Source: Dehalococcoidia bacterium (GTDB lineage Bacteria > Chloroflexota > Dehalococcoidia > Plut-88900). Taken from it: a stretch of DNA of 64,000 bases. The DNA is taken from assembly GCA_965207225.1 (NCBI GenBank), contig CBDBLV010000005.1, positions 1,312,001 to 1,376,000 on the forward strand, in the 5' to 3' direction. The translations under genes and the position numbers were made by a program. The notes below the pieces were generated by a model that ran no database searches, had not been told where the DNA came from, and saw nothing but the letters and a program-made list of their open reading frames with translations. Below are positions 50,941-62,071 of the stretch, one piece after another (position 1 is the stretch's first letter; every line of letters begins with the position of its first letter).

Positions 50941-52032
50941 CTAGTTGAACATGATGACGCTTCGGGCGATGTGGGCGTCCCGCATGTCTTCGAAGGCCTG
51001 GTTGATGTCCTCCAACTGGATACGCTTGGAGATGATTTCGTCGAGCTTCAGGCGGCCCTGTCGGTAGAGCTCCATGTACTGGGGCATGTCGACGCGGAAG
51101 TGGTTTGAGCCCATGTTGCTGCCCTGGAGTCGGCGGCCGTCCAGCAAGGCAGGCCCGTCAATGGTGACCTTAGTGCCCTGCGGAATCATGCCGATGACGG
51201 TAGCGGTGCCGCCCTTGTCGAGCATGTCATAGCACTGCTCGGCGGTTACGGCCTTACCTATGGCTTCGAAGGAATAGTCGACCCCAAGCCCACCAGTCAT
51301 GGCCTTGACCCTGTCGACAACGTCACCCTTGGAAGCGTCTATTACGTCGGTAGCGCCGACTCTCTGGGCGAATCCCAGCTTGTCCTCCACGGCGTCAATG
51401 GCTATGACCTTTGCCGCTCCGGCGATGAGAGCGCCGTTGATGGCGCTCAGTCCCACGCCGCCGCAGCCGACAACGGCTACTGTGCTGCCGGGCCTGACCC
51501 TGGCAGTATTCATGGCCGCTCCGACACCGGTGGTAACGCCGCAGCCGATGAGGGCCTGTACTTCGATGGGCACGTCTTCTTCCACTACTACCGCTGCGTT
51601 TTCGTGGACGAGCATGTACTCAGCAAAGGAGGAGAGGTTCATGGCCTGGTGGATCACCTCGTCGCCCTTGTGGAGGCGAGGGGCCTCGTCGCGGCTCCTC
51701 TTCAGGCCGACGCCCCTGCAGTTCACCATCTCTCCTTGAATGCACTTGTCGCAGGTGCCGCAGAACACGGACAGGCAGGTTATGACCCGGTCTCCGGGCT
51801 GATGGTAGGTCACCTGGGACCCGACCGCAGCGACGGTGCCTGCGGCCTCGTGGCCGAGGATGGTGGGGAGGGGGCACTTGTAGAGGCCGTCGACGTAGTG
51901 GAGGTCACTGTGGCAAACGCCGGATGCGCCGGTCTTGACGAGGATTTCTCGGGGGCCGGGTTCGCCGACGTCAACCTCTTCAATCGAAACCTCTTCGTAG
52001 GGGGCTCTCATCACGGCTGCTTTCATCTTCAT
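50941..52032 (-). CDS. Zn-dependent alcohol dehydrogenase
   Basis: GVCHSD, GHE, CxxCxxC, GCGGVG. Confidence 0.92.
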   Translation of the reverse strand: MKMKAAVMRAPYEEVSIEEVDVGEPGPREILVKTGASGVCHSDLHYVDGLYKCPLPTILGHEAAGTVAAVGSQVTYHQPGDRVITCLSVFCGTCDKCIQGEMVNCRGVGLKRSRDEAPRLHKGDEVIHQAMNLSSFAEYMLVHENAAVVVEEDVPIEVQALIGCGVTTGVGAAMNTARVRPGSTVAVVGCGGVGLSAINGALIAGAAKVIAIDAVEDKLGFAQRVGATDVIDASKGDVVDRVKAMTGGLGVDYSFEAIGKAVTAEQCYDMLDKGGTATVIGMIPQGTKVTIDGPALLDGRRLQGSNMGSNHFRVDMPQYMELYRQGRLKLDEIISKRIQLEDINQAFEDMRDAHIARSVIMFN

Positions 52033-52094
52033 GTCGGGTGTCCTCCTTGGGGGTGTGGGGCGGGGGTCCTAGTTGCTCCGATTGCCAGTCCTGA

Positions 52095-53177
52095 TTAGTT
52101 GAAAGTCAAAACGCTGCGGGCCATGTGGCCTTCCTTCATGTCATCGAAGGCCTTGTTCACGTCTTCCAGGGGAATCTGCTGGGAAATCATCTCCTTCAAC
52201 TTCAGGCGCCCCTGGAGGTAGAGCTCGATGTAGCGGGGCATGTCTATCCTGAACCTGTTGGAGCCCATGCTGCTCCCGCCGATCTTCCGCTCGCTGAGGA
52301 GGGACGGGCCGTCAAGGTGAATCTCGGTACCCTCGGGGATCATGCCGATGACCGTGGCCGTCCCGCCGTCGTCGAGCATGTAGTAGGCCTGTTCGGCAGT
52401 CTGCTTCAGGCCGATTGCTTCGAATGAATAGTCGACTCCCCGGGGGGAGAGAGCCCTTACTTTTTCCACTGCGTCGCCGGTGGAAGCGTCTACAACGTCC
52501 GTCGCTCCGAGTTGCATTGCCAAGCCAAGCTTCGTTTCCACGGTGTCAATGGCTATGATTTTTTCCGCGCCTGCGAGGACCGCACCCTGGAGGGCACTCA
52601 GGCCTATGCCACCCAAGCCGAGAACTGCCACAGTGCTGCCGGGGGCCACCTTTGCGGTGTTCAGCGCCGCCCCGACTCCCGTAGTGACTGCACAGCCGAT
52701 CAAAGCCACCTCTTCAAGGGGCACGTCTTCCCGGATCTTACAGGTGGCGTTTTCGTGGACGAGCATGTACTCGGCGAAGGTGGACAGGTTGGAAAACTGG
52801 TGCATGACGTTGCCGTTCTGGGTCAATCTGGGAGGCTCGCCGGGGGGGCGCTTCATGCCCTTGCGCCGGCACAGGTGGGGACTGCCGCTCAGGCACTTGT
52901 CGCATACACCGCAGAAGACCGAGAGACAAGTAATGACATGGTCTCCGGGTTTTACGTAGTCCACCATGGAGCCGACGGCCTCGATGACTCCGGCGGCCTC
53001 GTCGCCAAGAACGGTGGGCATGGGGAAGGAGTACTTGCCCTCCATATAGTGAAGGTTGCTGTGACACACCCCGGATGCAACTGTCCGAATCACCACTTCG
53101 TTGGGGCCCGGGTCATCGATCTGGACATCCTCGATGGTCAGGGGGACGTCGACTTCGCGCAGTACGGCTGCTCGCAT
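52095..53177 (-). CDS. Zn-dependent alcohol dehydrogenase (tandem paralogue)
   Basis: GVCHSN, GDE in place of GHE, CxxCxxC...C, GLGGIG. Confidence 0.9.
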   Translation of the reverse strand: MRAAVLREVDVPLTIEDVQIDDPGPNEVVIRTVASGVCHSNLHYMEGKYSFPMPTVLGDEAAGVIEAVGSMVDYVKPGDHVITCLSVFCGVCDKCLSGSPHLCRRKGMKRPPGEPPRLTQNGNVMHQFSNLSTFAEYMLVHENATCKIREDVPLEEVALIGCAVTTGVGAALNTAKVAPGSTVAVLGLGGIGLSALQGAVLAGAEKIIAIDTVETKLGLAMQLGATDVVDASTGDAVEKVRALSPRGVDYSFEAIGLKQTAEQAYYMLDDGGTATVIGMIPEGTEIHLDGPSLLSERKIGGSSMGSNRFRIDMPRYIELYLQGRLKLKEMISQQIPLEDVNKAFDDMKEGHMARSVLTFN

Positions 53178-53369
53178 TGGTTACCTCCTGAATAAAGGGC
53201 GGTAAGCAGTGTGGAGTCAGGTCGGGTATTAGGGGAGTTTATTATCCCGTGTTAGGCGGCGTCAACAAGGCTGAGGCTAGCTTCAGGCTTCAGCCGATTG
53301 CGGAGCTTTCATGTAAGATAGCCAGGCGGTGGGGTCTACCAGAAGCAGCGCCAACCATTTCTCAGGAGC

Positions 53370-53921
53370 ATGTCAATGACAGGTGAATTGGGGGCCAAGG
53401 TTATCAGGGAAGCCGAGTTCGACCAGAGATACATCGGTTACATTCGTATCCTGGGGTGCCTATGGCTAGTGATAACAGTGGTCGGGATCCTGCTGATACC
53501 CTTCTGGCTGATATTCAGCCTCTGGTTTGCGCCCGAGTCATTGCGGCGGCTTTCGGCACGGGTGACTGCCAACAGCGTTGAAATCAAGAAGGGGGTGTAT
53601 TTCCGAAAGGAGATCACCATTCCGCTGAACCGCATCACCGACGTCCGTCTCCACGATGGGCCGCTGATGCGCTTTTACGGCATCCGGGGGATCAGGGTCG
53701 AGACGGCAGGTCAGTCCGGACAGTATTCCGGCACAGAGGGTGACCTAGTCGGGGTGGTTGACCCGGTGGCGTTCAGGGATGCTGTCCTACGGCAGCGAGA
53801 GATTATGGTGGAGGGGGGACAGGCCGCTGCTAGTGCTCCCGCCGCCGGGGCGCCGACCGACAGCGCCTCGGTGCTGGCAGAGATACGGGATATTCTTGCC
53901 AGGATAGAGTCGAAGGGCTGA
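53370..53921 (+). CDS. Membrane protein with bacterial PH (bPH_2) domain
   Basis: Two TM segments followed by IKKGV.FRKE.TIPL.RITDV....GPL.R..G....VETAG. Confidence 0.8.
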   Translation: MSMTGELGAKVIREAEFDQRYIGYIRILGCLWLVITVVGILLIPFWLIFSLWFAPESLRRLSARVTANSVEIKKGVYFRKEITIPLNRITDVRLHDGPLMRFYGIRGIRVETAGQSGQYSGTEGDLVGVVDPVAFRDAVLRQREIMVEGGQAAASAPAAGAPTDSASVLAEIRDILARIESKG

Positions 53922-53928
53922 GGCGGCC

Positions 53929-55011
53929 TTGCCGGGCCGGGATAGCCCGACACAGGCTCCGTTGCTCCAGCGATACCTGCCGTCTATCTCCCCAATCCTT
54001 TCGCTCCTCATCATTGGTTCTCTGCTCATGTACGCCCTCGCCTGCACTTCTCCCGCCGATGAGACTGGGCCCTGCGTGGAAGACGGGCGGGTCCTCAACG
54101 TCGGGTTCTACGCCTATTTCGAGCCTGTCAGCTACAGCGCCAACGAAGATCCCGCGTCCGACGGCTTCAACACGCACGCCGGCTACGAAGCCGACCTCCT
54201 AACCGCTCTCGAAGCTATGGAGGATACCGGGCTCTCCTTTTACCGTCGAGGGATTGCAGTGTGGGAAAACATTTGGCTTCTTTCCGCTGATCCTGCCTAC
54301 GACATTGTAGGTGGCGGAATCACCATCCTGGACTCCAGGACGATGGATGACACCGGCAACTCTGTGGTCGCTTTTACCGAGGGCCATATCCAGTTTCGCC
54401 AGTCGCTATTGGTCCGCTCCGAAGATGCAGACAGGCTGGCCCACTATTCAGACCTGAATAGTGATGTGCGCGTCGGCGCTCTTGCCGGCACCACGGGAGA
54501 GTTCAGATTGCTGGAAATCACCGTACTGGTGGATGGCAACGGTGTTTTGGCCACCGGCACGCGCATTGAAACGCCCGAAGGGGCGTTGATCGCAGACGGC
54601 GCTGGCTATGTCATAACGCCAGCCGGGGAGTCCCCCAATCTTGTCGGAAGACGCCTGCTGTACCCCCCGTCGGATGCCATGCCTCAAGTCGTCTACCTGG
54701 GGTACACCGAAGGTGAGAAGGAGCTTTTCGACGCCCTCCGGGCAGGCGATATAGACGCCGTGGCCAGGGGCGAAATCGGCAACCGGGACGCCGCCAGCGT
54801 AGAGAGCGGCGAGTTCATTGTCACTGCCCTAGACGACAAGGTTGAGCAGGGCGGCTTCACCCTCGCGGTCCAGGACGCAGACTTGCTCTCATGTCTGAAT
54901 GAGAGAATCGGCCGGTTGACCGATAATCGGCGCATTGGCTACGCGGAATGGCTGGAGGACTCCTCGGTGTTCATGCGCCGGGCCCAACAGTGGAACGACC
55001 GGGACCGCTAG
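53929..55011 (+). CDS. Solute-binding lipoprotein (family 3-like)
   Basis: Lipobox ALAC, GYEADLL, VGALAGTTGE, AL..GDIDAV; start uncertain. Confidence 0.7.
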   Translation: MPGRDSPTQAPLLQRYLPSISPILSLLIIGSLLMYALACTSPADETGPCVEDGRVLNVGFYAYFEPVSYSANEDPASDGFNTHAGYEADLLTALEAMEDTGLSFYRRGIAVWENIWLLSADPAYDIVGGGITILDSRTMDDTGNSVVAFTEGHIQFRQSLLVRSEDADRLAHYSDLNSDVRVGALAGTTGEFRLLEITVLVDGNGVLATGTRIETPEGALIADGAGYVITPAGESPNLVGRRLLYPPSDAMPQVVYLGYTEGEKELFDALRAGDIDAVARGEIGNRDAASVESGEFIVTALDDKVEQGGFTLAVQDADLLSCLNERIGRLTDNRRIGYAEWLEDSSVFMRRAQQWNDRDR

Positions 55012-55045
55012 CCACCCCCTCCCGAACCGCCGATAGCCGTCGGGG

Positions 55046-55504
55046 TTACTCAGTGGTAACCCTTTCTCCCTGGCCGAGAAGGGCGGCCTTGAGGGTGTGC
55101 CAGGGCAGGGTGGCGCACTTGACGCGCATGGGGAACTCGCTGACGCCCGACAGGGCGGCCAGCTTGCCCAACTTGTCTATAGCCTCCATCATGTCCATGT
55201 CGATTTCGCCGGTAACGGACTGATGGAAGGTCTCTAACAGTTCCTCGGTGGCCTTCCTGTCGAGGCCTTTGACCAGTTCGGTCATCATCGAGGCGGAGGC
55301 CTTGGAAATGGCGCACCCTTCCCCCTGGAAACCAACCTCCCTGACGGTGTCACCATCCATTACGACTTCGACGTTTATCATGTCGCCGCAGAGGGGGTTG
55401 TAGCCCTGGGCGGAGCCGTTGGCGTTTTGGAGGCGTCCGAAATTTCTCGGGCGGTTGTTGTGGTCCAGCACGGCCTGCTGGTACAGCTCCGAAAGCTCAC
55501 TCAT
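55046..55504 (-). CDS. sufU: SUF system NifU-like protein SufU
   Basis: NPLCGD, GCAISKASAS, RVKCATL.WH. Confidence 0.94.
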   Translation of the reverse strand: MSELSELYQQAVLDHNNRPRNFGRLQNANGSAQGYNPLCGDMINVEVVMDGDTVREVGFQGEGCAISKASASMMTELVKGLDRKATEELLETFHQSVTGEIDMDMMEAIDKLGKLAALSGVSEFPMRVKCATLPWHTLKAALLGQGERVTTE

Positions 55505-56751
55505 GGGTTGAAGACCTCGATAACCTTGTCCAGGCCCTTGACCAGGGCGTCGATATCCGACCTGGTATTGTAAAACGCGAGGGAAGCCCTGGCGGTGGCG
55601 GGTACGCCGAAATGCTGCATGACGGGCTGGGCGCAGTGGTGGCCGGTGCGGATGGCGACGCCTTCGGTGTCGAGGATGGTGCCTACGTCGTGGGCATGGA
55701 TGCCTTCAAGCAGGAAGGAGACTACGCCAGCCTTTTCGCGGGCGGTGCCGAGGATACGGACTCTTTCGATGGATGAGAGGGCTTCGTGGGCGTAGTGGAG
55801 AAGTCTCTTTTCGTAGTCGAAGATGCGGGCCATGCCCACGGACTCCACGTAGTCAATTGCTGCACCCAATCCTATGGCTCCTGCGATGTTGGGGGTACCG
55901 GCCTCGAATTTGTAGGGGAGGTCGTTGTAAATCGTCTTTTCGAAGGTCACGGACTTGATCATATCGCCGCCGCCCTGATACGGGGGCATGGCATCGAGGA
56001 TATCCGCCTTGCCGTAGAGGACTCCCATGCCCGTGGGGCCGAAGACCTTGTGGGAGGAGAAGGTAAAGAAGTCGCAGTCCAGGTCCTTCATGTCGACGGG
56101 GCCATGGGGCACGGCCTGGGCGCCGTCAATGAGAACGGGAATGTCTCGGGCGTGGGCCATCTCCACTATGGTCTTGACGGGATTTATGGTGCCGAGGGCG
56201 TTGGAAGTGTGGGCCATTGCGACCAATTTCGTCCGGGGCCCTAGCATCTGCTCATATTCATCAATGAGGAGTTCGCCGTCCTCGTTGAAGGGGACGACCT
56301 TTAGCTCGGCGCTGGTCTGCTCGCAGAGCATCTGCCAGGGGACGATGTTGGAGTGGTGCTCCATTTCGGAGATGACGATCTCGTCACCCGGGCCGACGTT
56401 GGCGGGGCCGTAGCTGCCAGCTACGAGATTGATTCCGTCCGTGGTGCCCCGGACGAAGATGATCTCTTGGTCTTCCGAGGCGTTGATGAAGCTGCGCACC
56501 TTGGCTCGGGCGCCTTCGTATTCGGCGGTGGCCATTTCGCTGAGGGCGTGGAGGCCCCTGTGGACGTTGGCGTTGTATCGGGCGTAGTAGTCGGAGATGG
56601 CATCAATGACGGACTGGGGCTTCTGGCTGGTTGCGGCGTTGTCGAGGTAGACGAGGGGCTTGCCCCTCACCTCCTGATTGATGGCCGGGAACTGGCTCCT
56701 GAGCCGCCTGGCTTCAGCATCGTCAATGGGGCGGGCGCCCTCGGGGCTCAT
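55501..56751 (-). CDS. sufS: Cysteine desulfurase SufS
   Basis: YLDNAATSQKP, EHHSN, SSHK, RTGHHCAQP. Confidence 0.96.
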   Translation of the reverse strand: MSPEGARPIDDAEARRLRSQFPAINQEVRGKPLVYLDNAATSQKPQSVIDAISDYYARYNANVHRGLHALSEMATAEYEGARAKVRSFINASEDQEIIFVRGTTDGINLVAGSYGPANVGPGDEIVISEMEHHSNIVPWQMLCEQTSAELKVVPFNEDGELLIDEYEQMLGPRTKLVAMAHTSNALGTINPVKTIVEMAHARDIPVLIDGAQAVPHGPVDMKDLDCDFFTFSSHKVFGPTGMGVLYGKADILDAMPPYQGGGDMIKSVTFEKTIYNDLPYKFEAGTPNIAGAIGLGAAIDYVESVGMARIFDYEKRLLHYAHEALSSIERVRILGTAREKAGVVSFLLEGIHAHDVGTILDTEGVAIRTGHHCAQPVMQHFGVPATARASLAFYNTRSDIDALVKGLDKVIEVFNP

Positions 56752-58073
56752 GGGTTGGCCTCGAAGGCGCCTGATTCGGCGCAGCGGGTTAGTTTTTCCC
56801 GAACGAGGCCCGACATATATTCGCGAATCCGGGGGTCAGGAGCGAGGGCCAAGACGGCCTCGGCAAAGCCGTAGGTCAGGATGCGTCGGGACTGGGCAGG
56901 CCCGATTCCCCGGCTGGCTAGGTAGAAGATTGCTTCCTCGTCCAGCTGGCCGACGGTTGCTCCGTGGGAGCACTTGAGGTCGTCGGCGAAGATTTCGAGC
57001 TGGGGCTTGGTGTCGACCATGGAACGGTCGGAGAGGAGGAGGTTGTTGTTGGTCTGATGGGCATCGACCTGGTGAGTGCCGCGTCGGGCGATGATCTTGC
57101 CGTTGAAGACGGCCCTGGCGTTGTTGGTAAGTACGCCCTTGTAAAGCTGCCGGCTGGGGGTAAAGGATGCGGTGTGGTCGACGGAAGTGTGGTTGTCGAC
57201 GTGGCCGTTAGCCGAGGCGATGTAGAGGCCGTTCATGGTGCACTCGGCGCCCTCGCCTTCAAGAGAAACTGACAAATCGTTGCGGGCGATTCTTGCGCCG
57301 AGGTCGAGGGTGAAGGAAGTGAAGGCGCTGTCCCGGGCGAGGGTGACGTTTGTTGTGCCAATGTGGAAGGTCTCGGGGCCTTCTTCCTGGACCTTGTACC
57401 AAGCGAGCCGGGCACCCTCTTCAAGCACGATGTTGGTTACGGCATCGGTCAGGCAGACACAATCGCCGCTGGTGTAGTGCTCGAGAACCGTAGCGGAGGC
57501 GCCCTTTTCGATGATGATGAGGTTGTGGGGGTGGGCCATGGAGGGGGTCGGGGACTCGTTAGCGAGGAAGGAGAGGAGGATCGGGGTTGACGGCATGACG
57601 CCGGCGGGAACCCTGATGAAGCCGCCATCCTCAAGGAAGGCCCTGTTGAGGGAGACGAAGCCGTTGGTGATGTGGGCAGGGTTAACAGCCAGACGGCCTT
57701 CTACTGGCTTGGAGGAGTCACTAAGTGTTTGTGCGAGGCTCGTCACTTCGATGGGAAGTGCATTGTCTTCCAAACCGACGCTGGAGGCATACTTTCCGCC
57801 AACGAATCGGAGCCCGGGGACGTCCAGGGAAGAAATCGAGGAGTCAGGGTAATCCGCGGCTCGGGCCAGGGTGAAACGCTGCCTGGCTATGGGGGCGACG
57901 TTGGTGTATTTCCAGTCCTCGTCGCGGGTGGTGGGGAAGCCGAGGGACTCGAACTCACGAAAGGCATCGCGCCTGAGGGATTGCAGCCAATCGGGGGTCG
58001 AGCCCTCTTCCCTAGTCTGTAGGGCTTCGAACTCACTAACGAAGGAGTGTTCGCTGCTGCGGACTTGTACCAA
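56748..58073 (-). CDS. sufD: Fe-S assembly protein SufD
   Basis: EDWKYT, KPQLEIFADDLKCSHGATVG, FYLASRGI. Confidence 0.94.
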   Translation of the reverse strand: MVQVRSSEHSFVSEFEALQTREEGSTPDWLQSLRRDAFREFESLGFPTTRDEDWKYTNVAPIARQRFTLARAADYPDSSISSLDVPGLRFVGGKYASSVGLEDNALPIEVTSLAQTLSDSSKPVEGRLAVNPAHITNGFVSLNRAFLEDGGFIRVPAGVMPSTPILLSFLANESPTPSMAHPHNLIIIEKGASATVLEHYTSGDCVCLTDAVTNIVLEEGARLAWYKVQEEGPETFHIGTTNVTLARDSAFTSFTLDLGARIARNDLSVSLEGEGAECTMNGLYIASANGHVDNHTSVDHTASFTPSRQLYKGVLTNNARAVFNGKIIARRGTHQVDAHQTNNNLLLSDRSMVDTKPQLEIFADDLKCSHGATVGQLDEEAIFYLASRGIGPAQSRRILTYGFAEAVLALAPDPRIREYMSGLVREKLTRCAESGAFEANP

Positions 58074-58105
58074 TTTGGAGGCTCTTTGCGGGTGTGGCTG
58101 AGGTG

Positions 58106-58861
58106 TCAGGCCGTGGCGACCTGATCGCGGACCCAGTCGTAGCCGTGCTCTTCGAGGTGCTGGGCGAGACTACCGTCGCCCGACTCTACGATGCGTCCGT
58201 CCATCAAGACGTGGACGAAGTCGGGGCCGACGTATTCGAGGATTCTCTGGTAGTGGGTAATCAGCAGGACGGCCTTTGAAGGGCTCCTCAAGCGGTTAAT
58301 GCCTTCGGAAACGATACGGAGGGCGTCGATGTCGAGGCCGGAGTCGGTCTCGTCGAGGACGGCGAGGTCGGGCTCAAGGACGGCCATCTGGAGGATCTCG
58401 TTGCGCTTTTTTTCGCCGCCAGAGAAGCCGTCGTTGAGGGGGCGGTTGAGGTAGGAAGGGTCCATCTCCACCACCTGGAGCTTGTCCTTGAGGAAGCGGT
58501 AGAACTCGACGGCGTCCAGTTCCGTTTGCCCTCTGTGCTCCCTGAGGGAGTTGTAGGCGGTCTTGAGGAACTCCTGGGTGGAGACCCCCGGAATCTCATA
58601 GGGGTACTGGAAGGCCATGAAGATGCCTTCACGGGCGCGTTCCTCGGGGGGGAGGTCAAGGATGGAGTTGCCCTTGTAAAGGATGTCGCCCCGGGTGCAG
58701 GTGTAGGACTGGTGGCCGGAGAGGACTCGGGCGAGGGTGCTCTTACCGGAGCCGTTAGGCCCCATGATGGCGTGGAACTCGCCGGCGTTGACGGTCAGGT
58801 TTATTCCCTTGAGGATTTCAACATCGCCGACTCCGGCGTGGAGGTCTCTGATTTCAAGCAA
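58106..58861 (-). CDS. sufC: Fe-S assembly ATPase SufC
   Basis: [27 protein letters not shown]; TTG start inferred. Confidence 0.95.
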   Translation of the reverse strand: MLEIRDLHAGVGDVEILKGINLTVNAGEFHAIMGPNGSGKSTLARVLSGHQSYTCTRGDILYKGNSILDLPPEERAREGIFMAFQYPYEIPGVSTQEFLKTAYNSLREHRGQTELDAVEFYRFLKDKLQVVEMDPSYLNRPLNDGFSGGEKKRNEILQMAVLEPDLAVLDETDSGLDIDALRIVSEGINRLRSPSKAVLLITHYQRILEYVGPDFVHVLMDGRIVESGDGSLAQHLEEHGYDWVRDQVATA

Positions 58862-58875
58862 TTGAAGTTTCTTCC

Positions 58876-60312
<1,437 letters not shown>

Positions 60313-60430
60313 ACTTATGCCCCGCCTGACTGGGTATTAGGGGAACAGAACGGAGGATTTTACATCAAAAACCGGGGCCTGCCAAAAAGCGGACGCCCCG
60401 GTGAGCCGCCTAGATTGTCGTGCGAGAGAA

Positions 60431-60451
60431 TTATAATCCCTTTTATTATAA
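60431..60451. promoter_or_regulatory. Inverted repeat TTATAAT-N7-ATTATAA in the suf/fumC divergent promoter region
   Basis: Perfect 7-bp arms in an AT-rich patch. Confidence 0.5.
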
Positions 60452-60604
60452 AAATCTATAGAAAAAAGGTCTCGGAAGCGGCATTTTGATTTCAGGCGGT
60501 CCCGGGGTCGAGGCAAGAGGTTCGGTTGAGCACGGTTCGGTTGACGCCTCCTAACGGCCTCTTTACAGTTGTCCCCCGAGACGCGAATCCAAGGAGAATC
60601 TCCC

Positions 60605-62002
60605 TTGACTGATGACAAACCGACCAGAATCGAAAAAGATTCAATGGGCCCAATGGAAGTGCCGGCCGACGCCTACTATGGCGCTTCAACGATGCGGGCC
60701 GTACTGAATTTTCCTATCAGCGACCTCCGGTTTCCCCGGTCGTTCATCCGGGCGCTGGGCCTAATCAAGCTGGCCGCTTCGGAAGTGAATTGCGAGCTGG
60801 GGCTGCTGGACTCGGACAAGAAGGACGGAATCGTGCAGGCCGCACAGGAAGTGGTGGACGGGAAGCTGGACGATCACTTCGTGCTGGACGTATTCCAAAC
60901 GGGCTCGGGAACCTCGACTAACATGAACGCCAACGAGGTGATAGCGAACCGGGCGTCGGAGATCATGGGCGGGGGGATCGGGTCACGGGTGGTGCATCCC
61001 AATGACCATGTTAACAAGGGGCAGTCTTCCAACGACGTCATTCCGACTACCATGCACCTGGCCGCCCTGACCGAGATTGAGACTAACCTACTCCCAGCGC
61101 TACAGAGAACCCAGGCGGCGCTTGAAGCCAAGTCCAAGGAATTTTGGGACATCATCAAGACGGGTCGAACACACCTGCAGGATGCGACTCCCGTGCGGCT
61201 GGGCCAGGAGTTCAAGGGGTATGCGAGCCAGATAGAGCTTGGGATCAAGCGTCTGGACCACGCCCGCGAGGAGCTTTCCCAGGTTGCGCTGGGAGGCACG
61301 GCGGTGGGGACGGGGGTGAATACCCATCCCGAGTTTGCTGCAAGGGTCACGGGACGAGTGTCGGAGCTTGGGGAGGTGAAGATCAGAGAGACGGAGCACC
61401 ACTTCCAGGCCCAGAACACCCTCGACGGGGTGGTGGAGGCCAGCGCCGTTCTGCGCACCATCGCCATCAGCATGACAAAGATAGCCAATGACATCCGGTG
61501 GATGGGGTCGGGGCCGAGGGCGGGGATAGGAGAGCTTGCATTGCCCGAGGTGCAGCCCGGAAGCTCGATCATGCCGGGCAAGGTGAACCCGGTTATTCCG
61601 GAGTCGGTGATCCAGGTCTGTGCCCAGGTCAAGGGCAACGACGCGGCCATCGCCGCCGCAGGGCAGGACGGCTATTTCGAGATCAACCTGATGATGCCTG
61701 TGGCCGCGTACAATTTGCTGCAGTCGATATCCATTCTAGCCGCTGCCGCGGACAACTTGACAAAGCAGTGCATAGAGGGGCTTCGTGCCACGGACCAGGG
61801 CCCGAGCACCGTGGAGCGAGGGTTGATGATTGGGACTGCCCTGGCCCCAGTGGTCGGGTACGACATTTCCGCCCAGATAGCCAAGGAAGCTGCGAAGAGC
61901 GACCGCACGATTCGGGAGGTTGCGCGGGAAATGACGGACCTTTCGGAGGAAGAGTTGTCGCGAATCCTGGACCCGGAGAGGATGGTCGAGCCCCGGGCGT
62001 AA
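60605..62002 (+). CDS. fumC: Fumarate hydratase class II
   Basis: RIEKDSMG, QTGSGTSTNMN, GRTHLQDATP, GSSIMPGKVNP; TTG start after AAGGAG. Confidence 0.95.
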   Translation: MTDDKPTRIEKDSMGPMEVPADAYYGASTMRAVLNFPISDLRFPRSFIRALGLIKLAASEVNCELGLLDSDKKDGIVQAAQEVVDGKLDDHFVLDVFQTGSGTSTNMNANEVIANRASEIMGGGIGSRVVHPNDHVNKGQSSNDVIPTTMHLAALTEIETNLLPALQRTQAALEAKSKEFWDIIKTGRTHLQDATPVRLGQEFKGYASQIELGIKRLDHAREELSQVALGGTAVGTGVNTHPEFAARVTGRVSELGEVKIRETEHHFQAQNTLDGVVEASAVLRTIAISMTKIANDIRWMGSGPRAGIGELALPEVQPGSSIMPGKVNPVIPESVIQVCAQVKGNDAAIAAAGQDGYFEINLMMPVAAYNLLQSISILAAAADNLTKQCIEGLRATDQGPSTVERGLMIGTALAPVVGYDISAQIAKEAAKSDRTIREVAREMTDLSEEELSRILDPERMVEPRA

Positions 62003-62017
62003 GTATTGGCGAAATAG

Positions 62018-62048
62018 AAAGGCGTCGGCGCACTCCGCCGACGCCTTT
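62018..62048. terminator. Probable bidirectional terminator between convergent genes
   Basis: AAAGGCGTCGGCG...CGCCGACGCCTTT. Confidence 0.7.
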
Positions 62049-62071
62049 GCGTTCCGGGATCGGTCTCGCCT

